Positions 1-9,506 of a stretch of 64,000 nt of DNA are shown piece after piece. The translations under genes and the position numbers were made by a program. Source of the stretch: an uncultured Cytophagia bacterium. Its GTDB lineage: Bacteria; Zhuqueibacterota; Zhuqueibacteria; Thermofontimicrobiales; Thermofontimicrobiaceae. Position 1 is the stretch's first letter, and each line of letters opens with the position of its first letter. The stretch is taken from NCBI GenBank assembly GCA_964647995.1, contig CAZYNP010000015.1, positions 6,108 to 70,107 on the forward strand, in the 5' to 3' direction. The notes beneath the pieces were generated by a model. It was not told the DNA's origin and did no database searches. It worked only from the letters and a program-made list of their open reading frames with translations.

Positions 1-11
1 ATTCCAGAGAC

Positions 12-2150
12 ATGAATAGCAATATTGATTTTGAATCGCGGTTCACACTTTATGAAAATCATAGTTGTATTATCATCGAGGCATCCTGTAAAAATGTTAC
101 GACTCATGATCTGGTACTAAAAAATATCGAGCCAATCTGTGCCATCGAAGAAATTGATGGTGCTCTGAACTGGTCCGGCGCATCCAGAGTACTTACCAAT
201 GGTCCGATGTATTATGATCCTGGCATGATACATGATTTCGGTTCCTCCTATAAAGCGCCTGAGCCTTATGGTCCAATAAAAACCGGCTTAATGACTCCCG
301 ATTTTCAATACCCAGCCAGTGATAGAGTGGGCAGTTGGTGGAACATCGGCCTGTTTCGCGGCTACGATAAAGAAGGATTGGTTTGTGGCTTTATCGAAAA
401 TAAATCTGGCTTTGGTCAAATGATCATTTCGAAAACAGCGACCGGTGAACTATCGCTCTATACGGAATCGGTCTTTGCGCCAGCAACCATCCTCAAACCC
501 GGGGCAAGCATCAGTTCCAATCGCCTCATGATCAATATCGCCCCCAATCCTTATGCCGCACTGGAAGATTATGCCAGCCTGATGGGAATGCTCAACGGCG
601 CACGGGTAAACTCTATCGTGAATGGCTGGTGTGAGTGGTTTTTTACGTACGAATTTATCACTGAAGATGAAGTCATCCGCAATGCCGAATTTGCTGCTCG
701 ATATCTAAGGCCGTATGGTCTGGAATATATTCAGATCGACGAAGGCTACCAGCGCTACCATGGAGATTGGGAAGGCAATGAACGATTTCCACATGGCATG
801 AAATGGCTGGCTGACCAGATTAAATCACTGGGATTAAAACCGGGGATCTGGCTGGCGCCCTATGTCATCTCCGAACCAACCGAAGTTTTTCAAAAACATC
901 CTGAGTGGTTATTAAAACACCCCAATGGGCAACTCATGCGAGTCGGTCCCTGGCCAGGTGAAGACAGCGATTGGGCGAGACATGAAAATCCGAAACGCTA
1001 TGGACTCGACGTGACTCACCCGGGCGCTGCCGATTGGCTGTTTAACCTGTTCGATACGGTTGCCAATCAATGGGGTTATGAGATGTTCAAAATCGACTTT
1101 GTCGCCTGGTCGCTATTATCGGCGCACCAATATCACGATTCGACTGCGACGCCGGCGCAAGCCTATCGTAAAGGCATGGAGATCATTCGAAGCGCAATCG
1201 GTCCACAGCGTCATGTCAACGATTGTGGGCCAGGACCGGTTTCAGTTGGCTTGATCGACAGCATGCGCATTGAAGCAGATCAAAATTATGGCTATCGAAA
1301 AGCGGCCTGGCAGCAATATTTTCTTGAATCTTCCAGCAGTGCCCCGGCGGCAGCCAAGCGGTACTATTTTCATAAGAGAACCTGGATTAATGACGCCGAT
1401 CACGTCTGCCTGAATCTGCTTTCGATCCCGCAGGCTCAAGCAGCAGCAACGATCATCGCCCTGAGCGGTGGCAACATTATTTCGGGTGACCGACTGCCAG
1501 ACCTTGATGTGAATCGCCTCGAGATTCTGAAAAAAATATTTCCAGCTTATGGCGAAGCTGCCCGGCCGGTCGATCTGTTCGATAGCGATCGTCAGTCAGT
1601 TTTTTCACTGAAAATAACAAAGCCATTTGGCGAGTGGACCATTGTCGGCTTATTTAATTCAAGTGAGACAGACGTTATCGAAAAGTCTTTTCCCTTGGAA
1701 CGATTATGGTTGCATCCTGAAAAGGTATATGTCGCTTACGATTTCTGGATGGAACGATTTTGCGGAGAAGTTACCGGGTCGTTGATAGTCAAAGTATTAC
1801 CGGCCAGTGTGACGTTACTATCGCTGCATGAGAAAACCGGCGTCCCACAAATCATTTCGACCGATCGCCATGTGCTCCAGGGCGCGATCGAGCTTGAGGA
1901 AGTAACCTGGAATGCGGCAGCCTATATGCTGTCTGGAATTTCTGTTGGGCCGAGCAACACTTCGCACAACGTCGCGATATATCTGCCTGAAGAACAAAAC
2001 TGGGTTCAGGGCAAAAAATCGCTCCATCATGATTTTGAAAGCTACAGCTTGAAGCTAATGGACAATCATATCCTTCGAGTGCACGTCAAATTTAATGATT
2101 CGGAGCGTGTCAGGTGGCAAATTAAATTTGATGAGCTTTTCAAATCATAA
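12..2150 (+). CDS. Glycoside hydrolase, clan GH-D (GH36/GH27 alpha-galactosidase/melibiase-like); may continue upstream of the window
   Basis: 712-aa ORF. The central TIM-barrel-like region has IQIDEGYQ..., GLKPGIWLAPY and a KxD motif (MFKIDFVAW), which are typical of the alpha-galactosidase catalytic core. The frame is open back to nt 3, so the N-terminus could be truncated by the window edge. Confidence 0.5.
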   Translation: MNSNIDFESRFTLYENHSCIIIEASCKNVTTHDLVLKNIEPICAIEEIDGALNWSGASRVLTNGPMYYDPGMIHDFGSSYKAPEPYGPIKTGLMTPDFQYPASDRVGSWWNIGLFRGYDKEGLVCGFIENKSGFGQMIISKTATGELSLYTESVFAPATILKPGASISSNRLMINIAPNPYAALEDYASLMGMLNGARVNSIVNGWCEWFFTYEFITEDEVIRNAEFAARYLRPYGLEYIQIDEGYQRYHGDWEGNERFPHGMKWLADQIKSLGLKPGIWLAPYVISEPTEVFQKHPEWLLKHPNGQLMRVGPWPGEDSDWARHENPKRYGLDVTHPGAADWLFNLFDTVANQWGYEMFKIDFVAWSLLSAHQYHDSTATPAQAYRKGMEIIRSAIGPQRHVNDCGPGPVSVGLIDSMRIEADQNYGYRKAAWQQYFLESSSSAPAAAKRYYFHKRTWINDADHVCLNLLSIPQAQAAATIIALSGGNIISGDRLPDLDVNRLEILKKIFPAYGEAARPVDLFDSDRQSVFSLKITKPFGEWTIVGLFNSSETDVIEKSFPLERLWLHPEKVYVAYDFWMERFCGEVTGSLIVKVLPASVTLLSLHEKTGVPQIISTDRHVLQGAIELEEVTWNAAAYMLSGISVGPSNTSHNVAIYLPEEQNWVQGKKSLHHDFESYSLKLMDNHILRVHVKFNDSERVRWQIKFDELFKS

Positions 2151-2405
2151 AGAAAGAATGAGCGGGGGTGTTTTTTTAATTCGTCGCTCCTGATAATAGC
2201 CATTGAAATGGCGAATAGATTAAAGAGAAAACAAAGGATACATTTTTGTATGACTTTAGAATATCCAATCGAGTAAAGCAAATCCCCAAATCTGCCATCC
2301 ATGAAATGACCAGACTATCGAAACAGATCGAGGACGTGGAATTTTTATCCTGAGCAAAGCCGATCTCGGGTGCCCCTGCCCACATTTGAGAAGCTGACTT
2401 CAAAG

Positions 2406-2640
2406 CGATCCACAAGTGACTGGTGGACGGCTATTCGGAGAGCGCTGGCTTATTGGAGTTGCGGTAGGCCATTGCTGAAAAGCTCATTCGGGATAATCAC
2501 ATCGACGCCAATCCAGGTCAGATTTTGGCGACGGTCGGTGCCATCGAAGGGCTCGCAGCGGCCATACTGGCGGTGATCGATCCCGGCGATGCAATGAGCG
2601 TATCACATCAACAGTGGGTCGATTCTATACCCCGATTAAT
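2406..2640 (+). pseudogene. Remnant of a class I/II aminotransferase gene (internal fragment with an in-frame stop)
   Basis: The frame translates as ...LVDGYSESAGLLELR*AIAEKLIRDNHIDANPGQILATVGAIEGLAAAILAVIDPGDA.... This matches the aminotransferase motif Y..S.G...LR.AIA......I.VT.GA.EAL......PGD. It is interrupted by a TAG, has no N- or C-terminal remainder, and sits in a 900-bp gap with no intact ORF. Confidence 0.4.
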
Positions 2641-3075
2641 CTTGAATTTTTTGCACGATATTTTAAATAATAAAAAGCAACTATTCAGAGATTATTTTCG
2701 AGACCGAAAAATGAAGTACAGAGAGATAGTGTTCGAGCCTTGCCTGCATCGTTACTGATGACGGGCACGATCAAACGATTAGTTACAGTCGGTCGGTTGA
2801 ATTGGGGGAAAAGCTCTCCTGGCGAATTTGAAAAGCTGACCCATCAAGATTTTATTTTTTCTTGCTTGATTCTGATTAATTTTTTTTGTAGCTTTGCACG
2901 CTTTTAATGCTTTGATTAGCAAATTTCTAATTCATTGTCAATTCAGAAATCAAACCAGCTCGGCGGATAGTTGAATGGCGAGCGCAATTTGATCCGGCAA
3001 TAAAAATCAGCGACACGATCGAGAAACTGGTATGACATTTTAGGCCGACGCATTTTCAAGAAAAGGACCATCTTT

Positions 3076-3951
3076 TTGAAACCTGAAAACGAAACTACTA
3101 TCAAAGTGACCTATGACTGTATTCCGTGCGCCATCGGCAGCTTGATTACACTTTTTAAAAACGGGCTGGTCGCCCCAGCGAAGCAAGAACCAACCCTGCG
3201 GGCATTATTGGATTATCTCAGCAAAATTAACTACAACCAAACCCCACCGCAATTGGGCCGGGAAATGCACCGCATCATTCGGCAGGTTATTCAGAATCCT
3301 GACCCGTACGATGAAATCAAGCAAAAATTCAATCGATTGATGCTGGACTATTATCCCGATTTGAAAAAATTGGTCGTCAAAGCTGATGATCCTTTCCAGA
3401 TGGCATTGCGACTGGCTATTGCGGGCAACATCATCGACTATGGGCCGAACCATTTATTTGATATCAACCAGACATTGGAACGAGCAAAGTCGATTGCTCT
3501 GGCGATCGATGATTCTGAATCTTTGCGGCAAGCCATTTCGCAGGCGAAAATGTTGCTCTATCTGGGCGACAATGCCGGTGAGATTGTGATGGATCGGGTT
3601 CTGTTAGAAACGATCCGTCATCCCCATGTCTATTTTGCCGTCCGAGGAGCGCCCATCATCAATGACGCATTGCTCGAAGATGCCCAACTGGTCGGCATTG
3701 ATAAAATTGCAAAAGTTATCACCAACGGCGATGATGCGCCGGGAACAATTTTGGAGACCAGCTCGACTGAATTCCGGGCTATTTTTGAAGAAGCCGATCT
3801 GGTTATTTCCAAGGGCCAGGGCAATTACGAAGGTCTGTCCGATGTGAATAAAAATATCTATTTCATTTTGATGACCAAGTGCGATCATGTGGCCAATCAT
3901 CTGGGAGTGAAAAAAGGGGATTTTGTGGTGAAACAAGTGCGCCGTTGGTGA
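3076..3951 (+). CDS. DUF89 / ARMT1-like damage-control phosphatase family protein (TTG start)
   Basis: 291 aa with the GDNAGE...KGQGNYEGL motifs characteristic of DUF89 metal-dependent phosphatases. No in-frame ATG lies near the 5' end, so a TTG start is inferred. Confidence 0.65.
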   Translation: MKPENETTIKVTYDCIPCAIGSLITLFKNGLVAPAKQEPTLRALLDYLSKINYNQTPPQLGREMHRIIRQVIQNPDPYDEIKQKFNRLMLDYYPDLKKLVVKADDPFQMALRLAIAGNIIDYGPNHLFDINQTLERAKSIALAIDDSESLRQAISQAKMLLYLGDNAGEIVMDRVLLETIRHPHVYFAVRGAPIINDALLEDAQLVGIDKIAKVITNGDDAPGTILETSSTEFRAIFEEADLVISKGQGNYEGLSDVNKNIYFILMTKCDHVANHLGVKKGDFVVKQVRRW

Positions 3952-4197
3952 GTTTTATTAAATTGCACCGGGCGATCATTTGGTTATCAGCAACGGGTCA
4001 AAACAACAGGAATTTGGGAATAGCGGGATAGTGGAATAGGGGAGTAATGGCGCGCAGCGAGGAAGAGCTGGCAGGTTGCCGACAGATTGTAAATTGATTT
4101 CATTATTCCAAAATTGCTTGTTCAAAAAAGGATAACTCAAACCCTGTGGTAACGGATTGTATTTTGGAAAGGCTAATAACTTAAAATGGAGTGAACC

Positions 4198-4998
4198 ATG
4201 TTTCCTGTTTTATTCAAGATCGGAGCATTTGAACTGCGGAGCTACGGTCTGGCACTGGCGGTCAGTGTGGCGCTGGGTATCTGGATTTCGTTGAAGCGAG
4301 CGCCCCGCTTTGGCGTGAAGCCAGAGACCGTCATGGATCTGGCGGTGATCATTATGCTGGCGGCAATTATCGGCAGCCGTTTCTGGTATGTGATCTATCA
4401 TGTCGATGAATTTCGGGGCCATTGGCTCGATACCATCAATCCGTTTCAGGGGGGAACCATCGGCATCGCTGGGCTATCCATGGTCGGGGGCGTGGTGCTG
4501 GCGATCATTTCAGCGTTGATTTATTCGTTGATCAAAAAAGTCAATTTTGTGAAGCTGGGCGATACCATTGCCCCGGTTTTTTTGCTCGGCGAAGGCATTG
4601 TGCGAGTTGGCGGCTGTTTCTTGAACGGTTGCTGTTTCGGGCGGCCTACCGATAGCCCGCTGGGTATTGTATTTCCACCCGAAGGGGTGGCGGGTTCCGT
4701 TTTTCCCCACACCCATCTCTGGCCCGCCCAGCTATTTGCCTCGGCATTGGGATTTTTCGGCTTTGCCCTGGTGCTATGGCTGGATCGGAAGGCTAAATTC
4801 TCGGGATTTACCTTCTGGCTGGTATTTGGTTATTATGCCATCGACCGATTCATCGTGGATCAATTTCGTTACTATGAGCAGCCACAGGTGCTGGGCACTT
4901 TGGGGCCGGTTACGTTCAATGCCAATCATCTACTGCTGCTGGGATTGTTTGGAGTGAGTGTTTATTTTCTTATTCGCGGCTGGCGCCGATCACGTTGA
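4198..4998 (+). CDS. lgt: Prolipoprotein diacylglyceryl transferase
   Basis: 266 aa, polytopic membrane protein. The N-terminus MFPVLFKIGAFELRSYGLALAVSVALG and the RVGGCFLNGCCFGRPTD region parallel E. coli Lgt (IGPVALHWYGL..., GRLGNFINGELWGR). Confidence 0.85.
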   Translation: MFPVLFKIGAFELRSYGLALAVSVALGIWISLKRAPRFGVKPETVMDLAVIIMLAAIIGSRFWYVIYHVDEFRGHWLDTINPFQGGTIGIAGLSMVGGVVLAIISALIYSLIKKVNFVKLGDTIAPVFLLGEGIVRVGGCFLNGCCFGRPTDSPLGIVFPPEGVAGSVFPHTHLWPAQLFASALGFFGFALVLWLDRKAKFSGFTFWLVFGYYAIDRFIVDQFRYYEQPQVLGTLGPVTFNANHLLLLGLFGVSVYFLIRGWRRSR

Positions 4999-5322
4999 TT
5001 TGACAAAAGAACCTCTGGTCGTTGAATTTTAGAAAATTTGTTACCTAACGATCCAACACGCGCAATAGAGTGGACGTGATGCCAGGTCATTGGGTTTTCG
5101 TGATTCACAAGCGAACGGAGCGTTATTGCAATGACCGGACAAATGTCTGCAATTGCGTCTGGATCGTTTTGGTTCAGCAAAGTATACGATCTGTTATCTG
5201 ATATTCGTTGGCTACTGTGTTGGTGCATGAAGTTTTGCTGGTGGAACGATCGATGATACGGCGATGAATTTGCCGGCCGATTCATTCCCATAAGAATAAA
5301 TATTCGTTAAAGCAAAATTATC

Positions 5323-5351
5323 TTGACAATGAAATTTAAAATTAATATTAT
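5323..5351 (+). promoter_or_regulatory. Near-consensus sigma70-type promoter (TTGACA-N17-TATTAT) about 75 nt upstream of the repeat-protein gene
   Basis: TTGACA at 5323-5328, a 17-nt spacer, then TATTAT at 5346-5351. A strong SD (GGAGAGG) follows 6-12 nt before the ATG at 5425. Confidence 0.4.
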
Positions 5352-5424
5352 AAGCCTAAGGCCAAAGTCGTTCTGAAGTTCTCCGGTCTATGATTGGTAG
5401 AAATTTTCTCAATGGAGAGGATTT

Positions 5425-6321
5425 ATGATCAATACGCTCAGAATATATGATGAGTTGAAAGAGACCATGGAATCGAGCGCGGCCAGGAAGATTTCTGAAA
5501 TTATTACCTGGATCTATGAAGATCTTCAAAATACTGTTACTAAAAAAGAATTCAACGAACTAACGAGTGCCGTTAGGGAATTAGCGGCTGCCCAGAAGCA
5601 AACGGAATTGAAAGTTGAGGAGCTGGCAGTAGCGCAGGCGCGGACGGAGCAGCGGGTTGAGGAACTGGCAGCAGCACAGGCGCGGACGGAGCAGCGGGTT
5701 GAGGAACTGGCAGCAGCGCAGGCGCGGACGGAGCAAAAAGTTGAGGAGTTGGCAGCGGCGCAGGCGCGGACGGAGCAGCGGGTTGAGGAGCTGGCAGCAG
5801 CGCAAGCACGAACGGAACAAAAAGTTGAGGAGTTGGCAGCGGCGCAGGCACGAACGGAACAAAAAGTTGAACTGTTGGCTGATGCTCAACTTAAAACCGA
5901 AAAGCAACTTAAAAACCTGGCGCAACAGGTTGGCGCCTTGAGTGAAAAATTAGGCGGATCACTGGAAGATCTTTCTTACGATGTATTGCCAGCTTGCCTG
6001 GAAAAATATTACCAGATTGAAGTTGACGGCTTAGCCAGAGAATTTTTCCGGGTGAATGGAAAGGAAATCGAAGTCAATGTTTTCGGCAAGGGACTGGAAA
6101 AAACGACCGGGAAGAGATTGGTAATCATTGGAGAAGTCAAGACAAATATTACTCTGAAAGAAGTGAAAGATTTCATCCGAGTATTGAAGTTGCTCCAGAA
6201 ATCATTCGACGAGGAAATATTCCCATTGCTGTTTGGTTTTAGAATTCGATTGGATGCCAGAGAATTGGCAAAAGCAAATCAGATTCGGATGTTTGTTTCC
6301 TATGGCAAAGAGATAAAATAA
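5425..6321 (+). CDS. Coiled-coil tandem-repeat protein with a C-terminal PD-(D/E)XK-nuclease-like domain (uncharacterized)
   Basis: 298 aa. Residues ~60-160 are seven near-identical 14-aa units [13 protein letters not shown](R/K), i.e. two heptads per unit. The C-terminal ~130 aa show a D...(E)VK arrangement ([12 protein letters not shown] ... [10 protein letters not shown]) consistent with a restriction-endonuclease-like core. Confidence 0.7.
   Translation: MINTLRIYDELKETMESSAARKISEIITWIYEDLQNTVTKKEFNELTSAVRELAAAQKQTELKVEELAVAQARTEQRVEELAAAQARTEQRVEELAAAQARTEQKVEELAAAQARTEQRVEELAAAQARTEQKVEELAAAQARTEQKVELLADAQLKTEKQLKNLAQQVGALSEKLGGSLEDLSYDVLPACLEKYYQIEVDGLAREFFRVNGKEIEVNVFGKGLEKTTGKRLVIIGEVKTNITLKEVKDFIRVLKLLQKSFDEEIFPLLFGFRIRLDARELAKANQIRMFVSYGKEIK
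5611..5904 (+). repeat. Seven tandem 42-bp direct repeats (coding, in frame) inside the 5425-6321 gene
   Basis: The unit gttgagga(a/g)ctggcagcagcgcaggcgcggacggagcagcgg is repeated with only synonymous or conservative changes. The opposite-strand ORFs 5573-5851 and 5581-5925 are artefacts of this repeat. Confidence 0.9.
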
Positions 6322-6429
6322 CCAAAAGATCGACCGTGGAAAAAATCGATATTTGGTTAAATAGAAATTGAGCAATTTTAATAAGCGGTGAACAAGGCCG
6401 GCCAATTTTGTTATGTCAAATTGAAAGGC

Positions 6430-6645
6430 GTTTTATAACAGAACTGGATCCTATTCAATTGCTGCAGGGAAGACGGTGCAAATCCGTCACAGCCCCGCTA
6501 CTGTAAGGGGTTACGAAAGTCACAAATGAGGTGCTATCGCTAAAGGGATTGCGCTGCGATAGCAAGGTCACTGTCCGCCAATCAGCGGATGGGAAGGCGT
6601 GGCGAGTAGGTTTGAGCCCCAAGTCAGGACACCTGCGATATTTTG
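6430..6645 (+). ncRNA. Cobalamin (adenosylcobalamin/B12) riboswitch aptamer
   Basis: GCAGGGAAGACGGTGCAAATCCGTCACAGCCCCGCTACTGTAAGGGG fits the conserved cobalamin-riboswitch core (GGGAA..GGTG..AATCC....CCCGC.ACTGT). The downstream AAGTCAGGACACCTGCG resembles the conserved AGCCAGGA.ACCTGCC segment. It lies directly 5' of a B12/siderophore-type ABC importer operon. Confidence 0.85.
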
Positions 6646-6734
6646 TTGTCCTACAAATCGGCGCGAGAACGCTCGATTGGCTGGTAGGCGACCTTCGAGG
6701 GCGAGGTCAAGGACGCATTACATCATGGATTGAT

Positions 6735-6768
6735 CCCGACAACTGGAAGGTCGGGATTTTTTATTTTG
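6735..6768 (+). terminator. Rho-independent terminator, probably the riboswitch expression platform
   Basis: cccgac-aactggaag-gtcggg hairpin followed by attttttatttt, sited between the aptamer and the btuF-like start at 6792. Confidence 0.6.
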
Positions 6769-6791
6769 GATTGGATTTCCGTGGTTGAGGA

Positions 6792-7700
6792 ATGGTCATG
6801 CCCAAAAAGATATTTTTGATTTTGTTGTGTTCGATTATGTCATCGAGCAGGATAATGAATGCGGTTGGAGCAATGCCATCCCAATCGCCTCAGCGAATCG
6901 TTTCGTTGGCTCCGAATATTACCGAGATTCTGTTTGCGCTCCACCTGGATGAGTCGATTGTTGGCGTTACGGACTTTTGCAATTATCCACCGCCAGCGGC
7001 CACAAAAGTGAGAGTCGGGGGTTACCTGAATCTCAATCTGGAGATGGTGTTAGCACTACGGCCAACATTGGTGATCATGTTGAGCTATCAACAGGCATTG
7101 AAAGAAAAATTGGATGCGTTGCAAATTTCATCGCTCATGATTAAAAGTGACAGTATTGAAGACATTTTGGAAGCAATTGTTCGGATTGGTGCGGCAACAG
7201 ACCGGTTGGAGGAAGCGCAACAGCTTTCTCGAACCATCTCTCAGAAACTAAATTGGTATCAACACCACCTGGCGACGGTGCCACCGAAGACGGTGCTATT
7301 TATCATTGGGCGCAATCCTGGCACGTTAGAGGGTATCACCGCGGTGGGCGGTAAGTCTTTTCTGAATCAATTGATTGAATATGCTGGCGGGGAGAATATT
7401 TTTGCCAATATCAGTATGCTTTATCCCAAAGTTACCCAGGAGGAGATCGTCGCGCGAAATCCTATGATCATCATCGAGGCATCGCCATTTACCAATCCGA
7501 CCCCGGCGCAGTTAGAGCACCATCGCCAGGCCTGGCAGCAATTGTCGTCGCTGACGTGTGTTCAAAGCAAGCAGATTTTTTTCCTGGAACAGGACTATAC
7601 GCTGATTCCAGGGCCGCGCATTCTGCAGTTGCTGGAGCAATTGGTGCAAATTCTTCATCCAGATATCTATGAGAAAGTCAAATCGAACCATGAGCCATAA
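6792..7700 (+). CDS. ABC transporter periplasmic substrate-binding protein, BtuF/FecB-like (cobalamin/iron-siderophore family)
   Basis: 302 aa with a signal peptide. IVSLAPNITEILFAL...GVTDFCNYP is typical of the class III PBP (BtuF/FhuD) family. It lies downstream of the B12 riboswitch. Confidence 0.8.
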   Translation: MVMPKKIFLILLCSIMSSSRIMNAVGAMPSQSPQRIVSLAPNITEILFALHLDESIVGVTDFCNYPPPAATKVRVGGYLNLNLEMVLALRPTLVIMLSYQQALKEKLDALQISSLMIKSDSIEDILEAIVRIGAATDRLEEAQQLSRTISQKLNWYQHHLATVPPKTVLFIIGRNPGTLEGITAVGGKSFLNQLIEYAGGENIFANISMLYPKVTQEEIVARNPMIIIEASPFTNPTPAQLEHHRQAWQQLSSLTCVQSKQIFFLEQDYTLIPGPRILQLLEQLVQILHPDIYEKVKSNHEP

Positions 7701-8475
7701 ACAAGAAATCATCGCCTTTGAGCAGGTGTCATTTCGCTATGCTCAGGTGGATGTATTGAAGGAAATTTCCTTCAGTGTGCTGGCTGGCGAGTTTATTGGT
7801 ATTCTCGGCCCCAATGGCGCGGGAAAGTCGACGCTATTGAAGCTTTGCAATCGGATTTTAAAACCCACGGCCGGTCGCATCTGGCTGGAAGGTGGCGATA
7901 TTGCGCGATGCTCCCAGCGGCAGATTGCGCAGCGGGTCGCCATGGTCGCACAAGAAAATTATGTACCATTCAATTATTCGACCATTGAAGTTGTGCTAAC
8001 CGCGAGGCATCCTTTTATTCCACCGCTGGGTTTTGAAACCAAAAACGACTGGGCGATCGTGAAACGCGCGATTGAGATGCTGGAGATTGATGATCTATCG
8101 CAGCGACCGTTTGCTACTCTTAGCGGCGGCGAGAAGCAGCGTGCGCTGGTAGCAACTGCCCTGGCACAAACTCCCAAGCTGCTATTGTTGGACGAGCCGA
8201 CGTCATCGCTGGATTTGAAGCATCAGATGGATATTTACACACGGTTGAAAAAAATCCAGCAGACGGATGGGCTAACCATTCTGGCAGTGACCCACGATGT
8301 AAATCTTGCCGCGATGTTTTGCGATCGGCTGATTCTTCTGAAGCACGGCACTGTGGTGGACTATGGCAAACCGGGTGATCTGGTGACAGGGGCGAAGATG
8401 GATGCTCTTTACAATATTGCTGTTAGTGTGCTGCCGCATCCCATACACGGCACTCCCCTGGTCTTTCCCAATTGA
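7669..8475 (+). CDS. ABC transporter ATP-binding protein (BtuD/FecE-like)
   Basis: Walker A GPNGAGKST, signature LSGGEKQR and Walker B LLLDEPTSSLD. The 5' end overlaps the preceding gene; the true start may be the Met at ~7690. Confidence 0.9.
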   Translation: MRKSNRTMSHKQEIIAFEQVSFRYAQVDVLKEISFSVLAGEFIGILGPNGAGKSTLLKLCNRILKPTAGRIWLEGGDIARCSQRQIAQRVAMVAQENYVPFNYSTIEVVLTARHPFIPPLGFETKNDWAIVKRAIEMLEIDDLSQRPFATLSGGEKQRALVATALAQTPKLLLLDEPTSSLDLKHQMDIYTRLKKIQQTDGLTILAVTHDVNLAAMFCDRLILLKHGTVVDYGKPGDLVTGAKMDALYNIAVSVLPHPIHGTPLVFPN

Positions 8476-8492
8476 GAAAGTGAGCACTGGCT

Positions 8493-9506
8493 GTGGTAAC
8501 TCGCAAAACCCTCTTTGTCCGATTGGCGTTGCTGCTGCTGTTATTATTAGCCGTCATCGGATTCGCACCATTGATCGGCTCAACCGCGCTGGATTTCAGT
8601 CAGGTGTTTGCCTGGCCTATTCGGTTGACCGAAAATCGTGACGCCCAGATTTTTTTCTCATTGCGCTTGCCGAGAGTATTGATGGCGGGACTTACCGGCG
8701 CAACACTGGCCGCTGCCGGCTTGGTGTTCCAGGCGTTGCTGAGGAATCCTCTCGCCGATCCATTCACCCTGGGGATTGCCAGCGGTGCCGCATTGGGCGC
8801 AGTTCTGGCCTTGAAATTGGGTTGGGTGTTCCAGGTGCTGGGCTTTTCAGCCGTCTCGTTGCTGGCTCTCGCCGGGGCGTTGCTTTCTATTCTCATCAAT
8901 CTCTTGTTTGTCAGTTTGCGAAAGCCGCGTTTTTCGACCTACGCCATGATTCTGGCGGGCGTGAGCATTAGCTTTTTCTTCTCGTCACTCATCCTTTTTA
9001 TACACTATCTTGCGGATTTTACTGAGACGCAGCAAATGGTGCGCTGGATCATGGGCGGAGTTGACATTGTCAATTACCGTGTCGTCGTTCGCTTGTTACC
9101 ATTCTGCCTGGTTGGTTTTATGGTGCTAATCTATTTTAGCCGGCACTTGAATCTCATCAGCCTGGGAGAAGAGGCGGCAATTGCTCGAGGGATTCAGATA
9201 ACTCGGGTGAAAATGACGATTTTTGGTGTGGCATCGGTTTTGACGGGGCTGGTAGTGGCACATAGTGGTCCAATTGGCTTTGTCGGCCTGATGGTGCCGC
9301 ATATTTTGCGATTGCTGGTCGGCTCGGACCATCGGTTGCTGGTGCCAGCATCGCTGCTGTTTGGTGCAACCTTTTTGATCGGTTGCGATACCATCGCCCG
9401 CGTTATTATTGCGCCAGCCGAAATTCCAGTAGGCATTGTGACTGCGCTTTGTGGTGGCCCGTTTTTCCTCTGGCTTATTTTGAGGCGAAAAGCACTATTT
9501 AGTTGA
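8493..9506 (+). CDS. ABC transporter permease, FecCD/BtuC family (GTG start)
   Basis: 337 aa, about 9 TM segments, the usual FecCD-family length and hydrophobic pattern. It completes the riboswitch-controlled importer. Confidence 0.85.
   Translation: MVTRKTLFVRLALLLLLLLAVIGFAPLIGSTALDFSQVFAWPIRLTENRDAQIFFSLRLPRVLMAGLTGATLAAAGLVFQALLRNPLADPFTLGIASGAALGAVLALKLGWVFQVLGFSAVSLLALAGALLSILINLLFVSLRKPRFSTYAMILAGVSISFFFSSLILFIHYLADFTETQQMVRWIMGGVDIVNYRVVVRLLPFCLVGFMVLIYFSRHLNLISLGEEAAIARGIQITRVKMTIFGVASVLTGLVVAHSGPIGFVGLMVPHILRLLVGSDHRLLVPASLLFGATFLIGCDTIARVIIAPAEIPVGIVTALCGGPFFLWLILRRKALFS

Noticed and set aside
5573-5925. Two minus-strand ORFs (92 and 114 aa) encoding Pro/Leu-rich repetitive peptides
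   Set aside because: They lie wholly inside the 42-bp repeat array of the plus-strand gene. Any reading frame through a perfect repeat stays open, so these are repeat artefacts without start or SD context.
6531-6788. 85-aa plus-strand ORF upstream of the binding-protein gene
   Set aside because: It coincides with the cobalamin riboswitch 3' half and its terminator hairpin, so its sequence is explained by RNA structure rather than coding.
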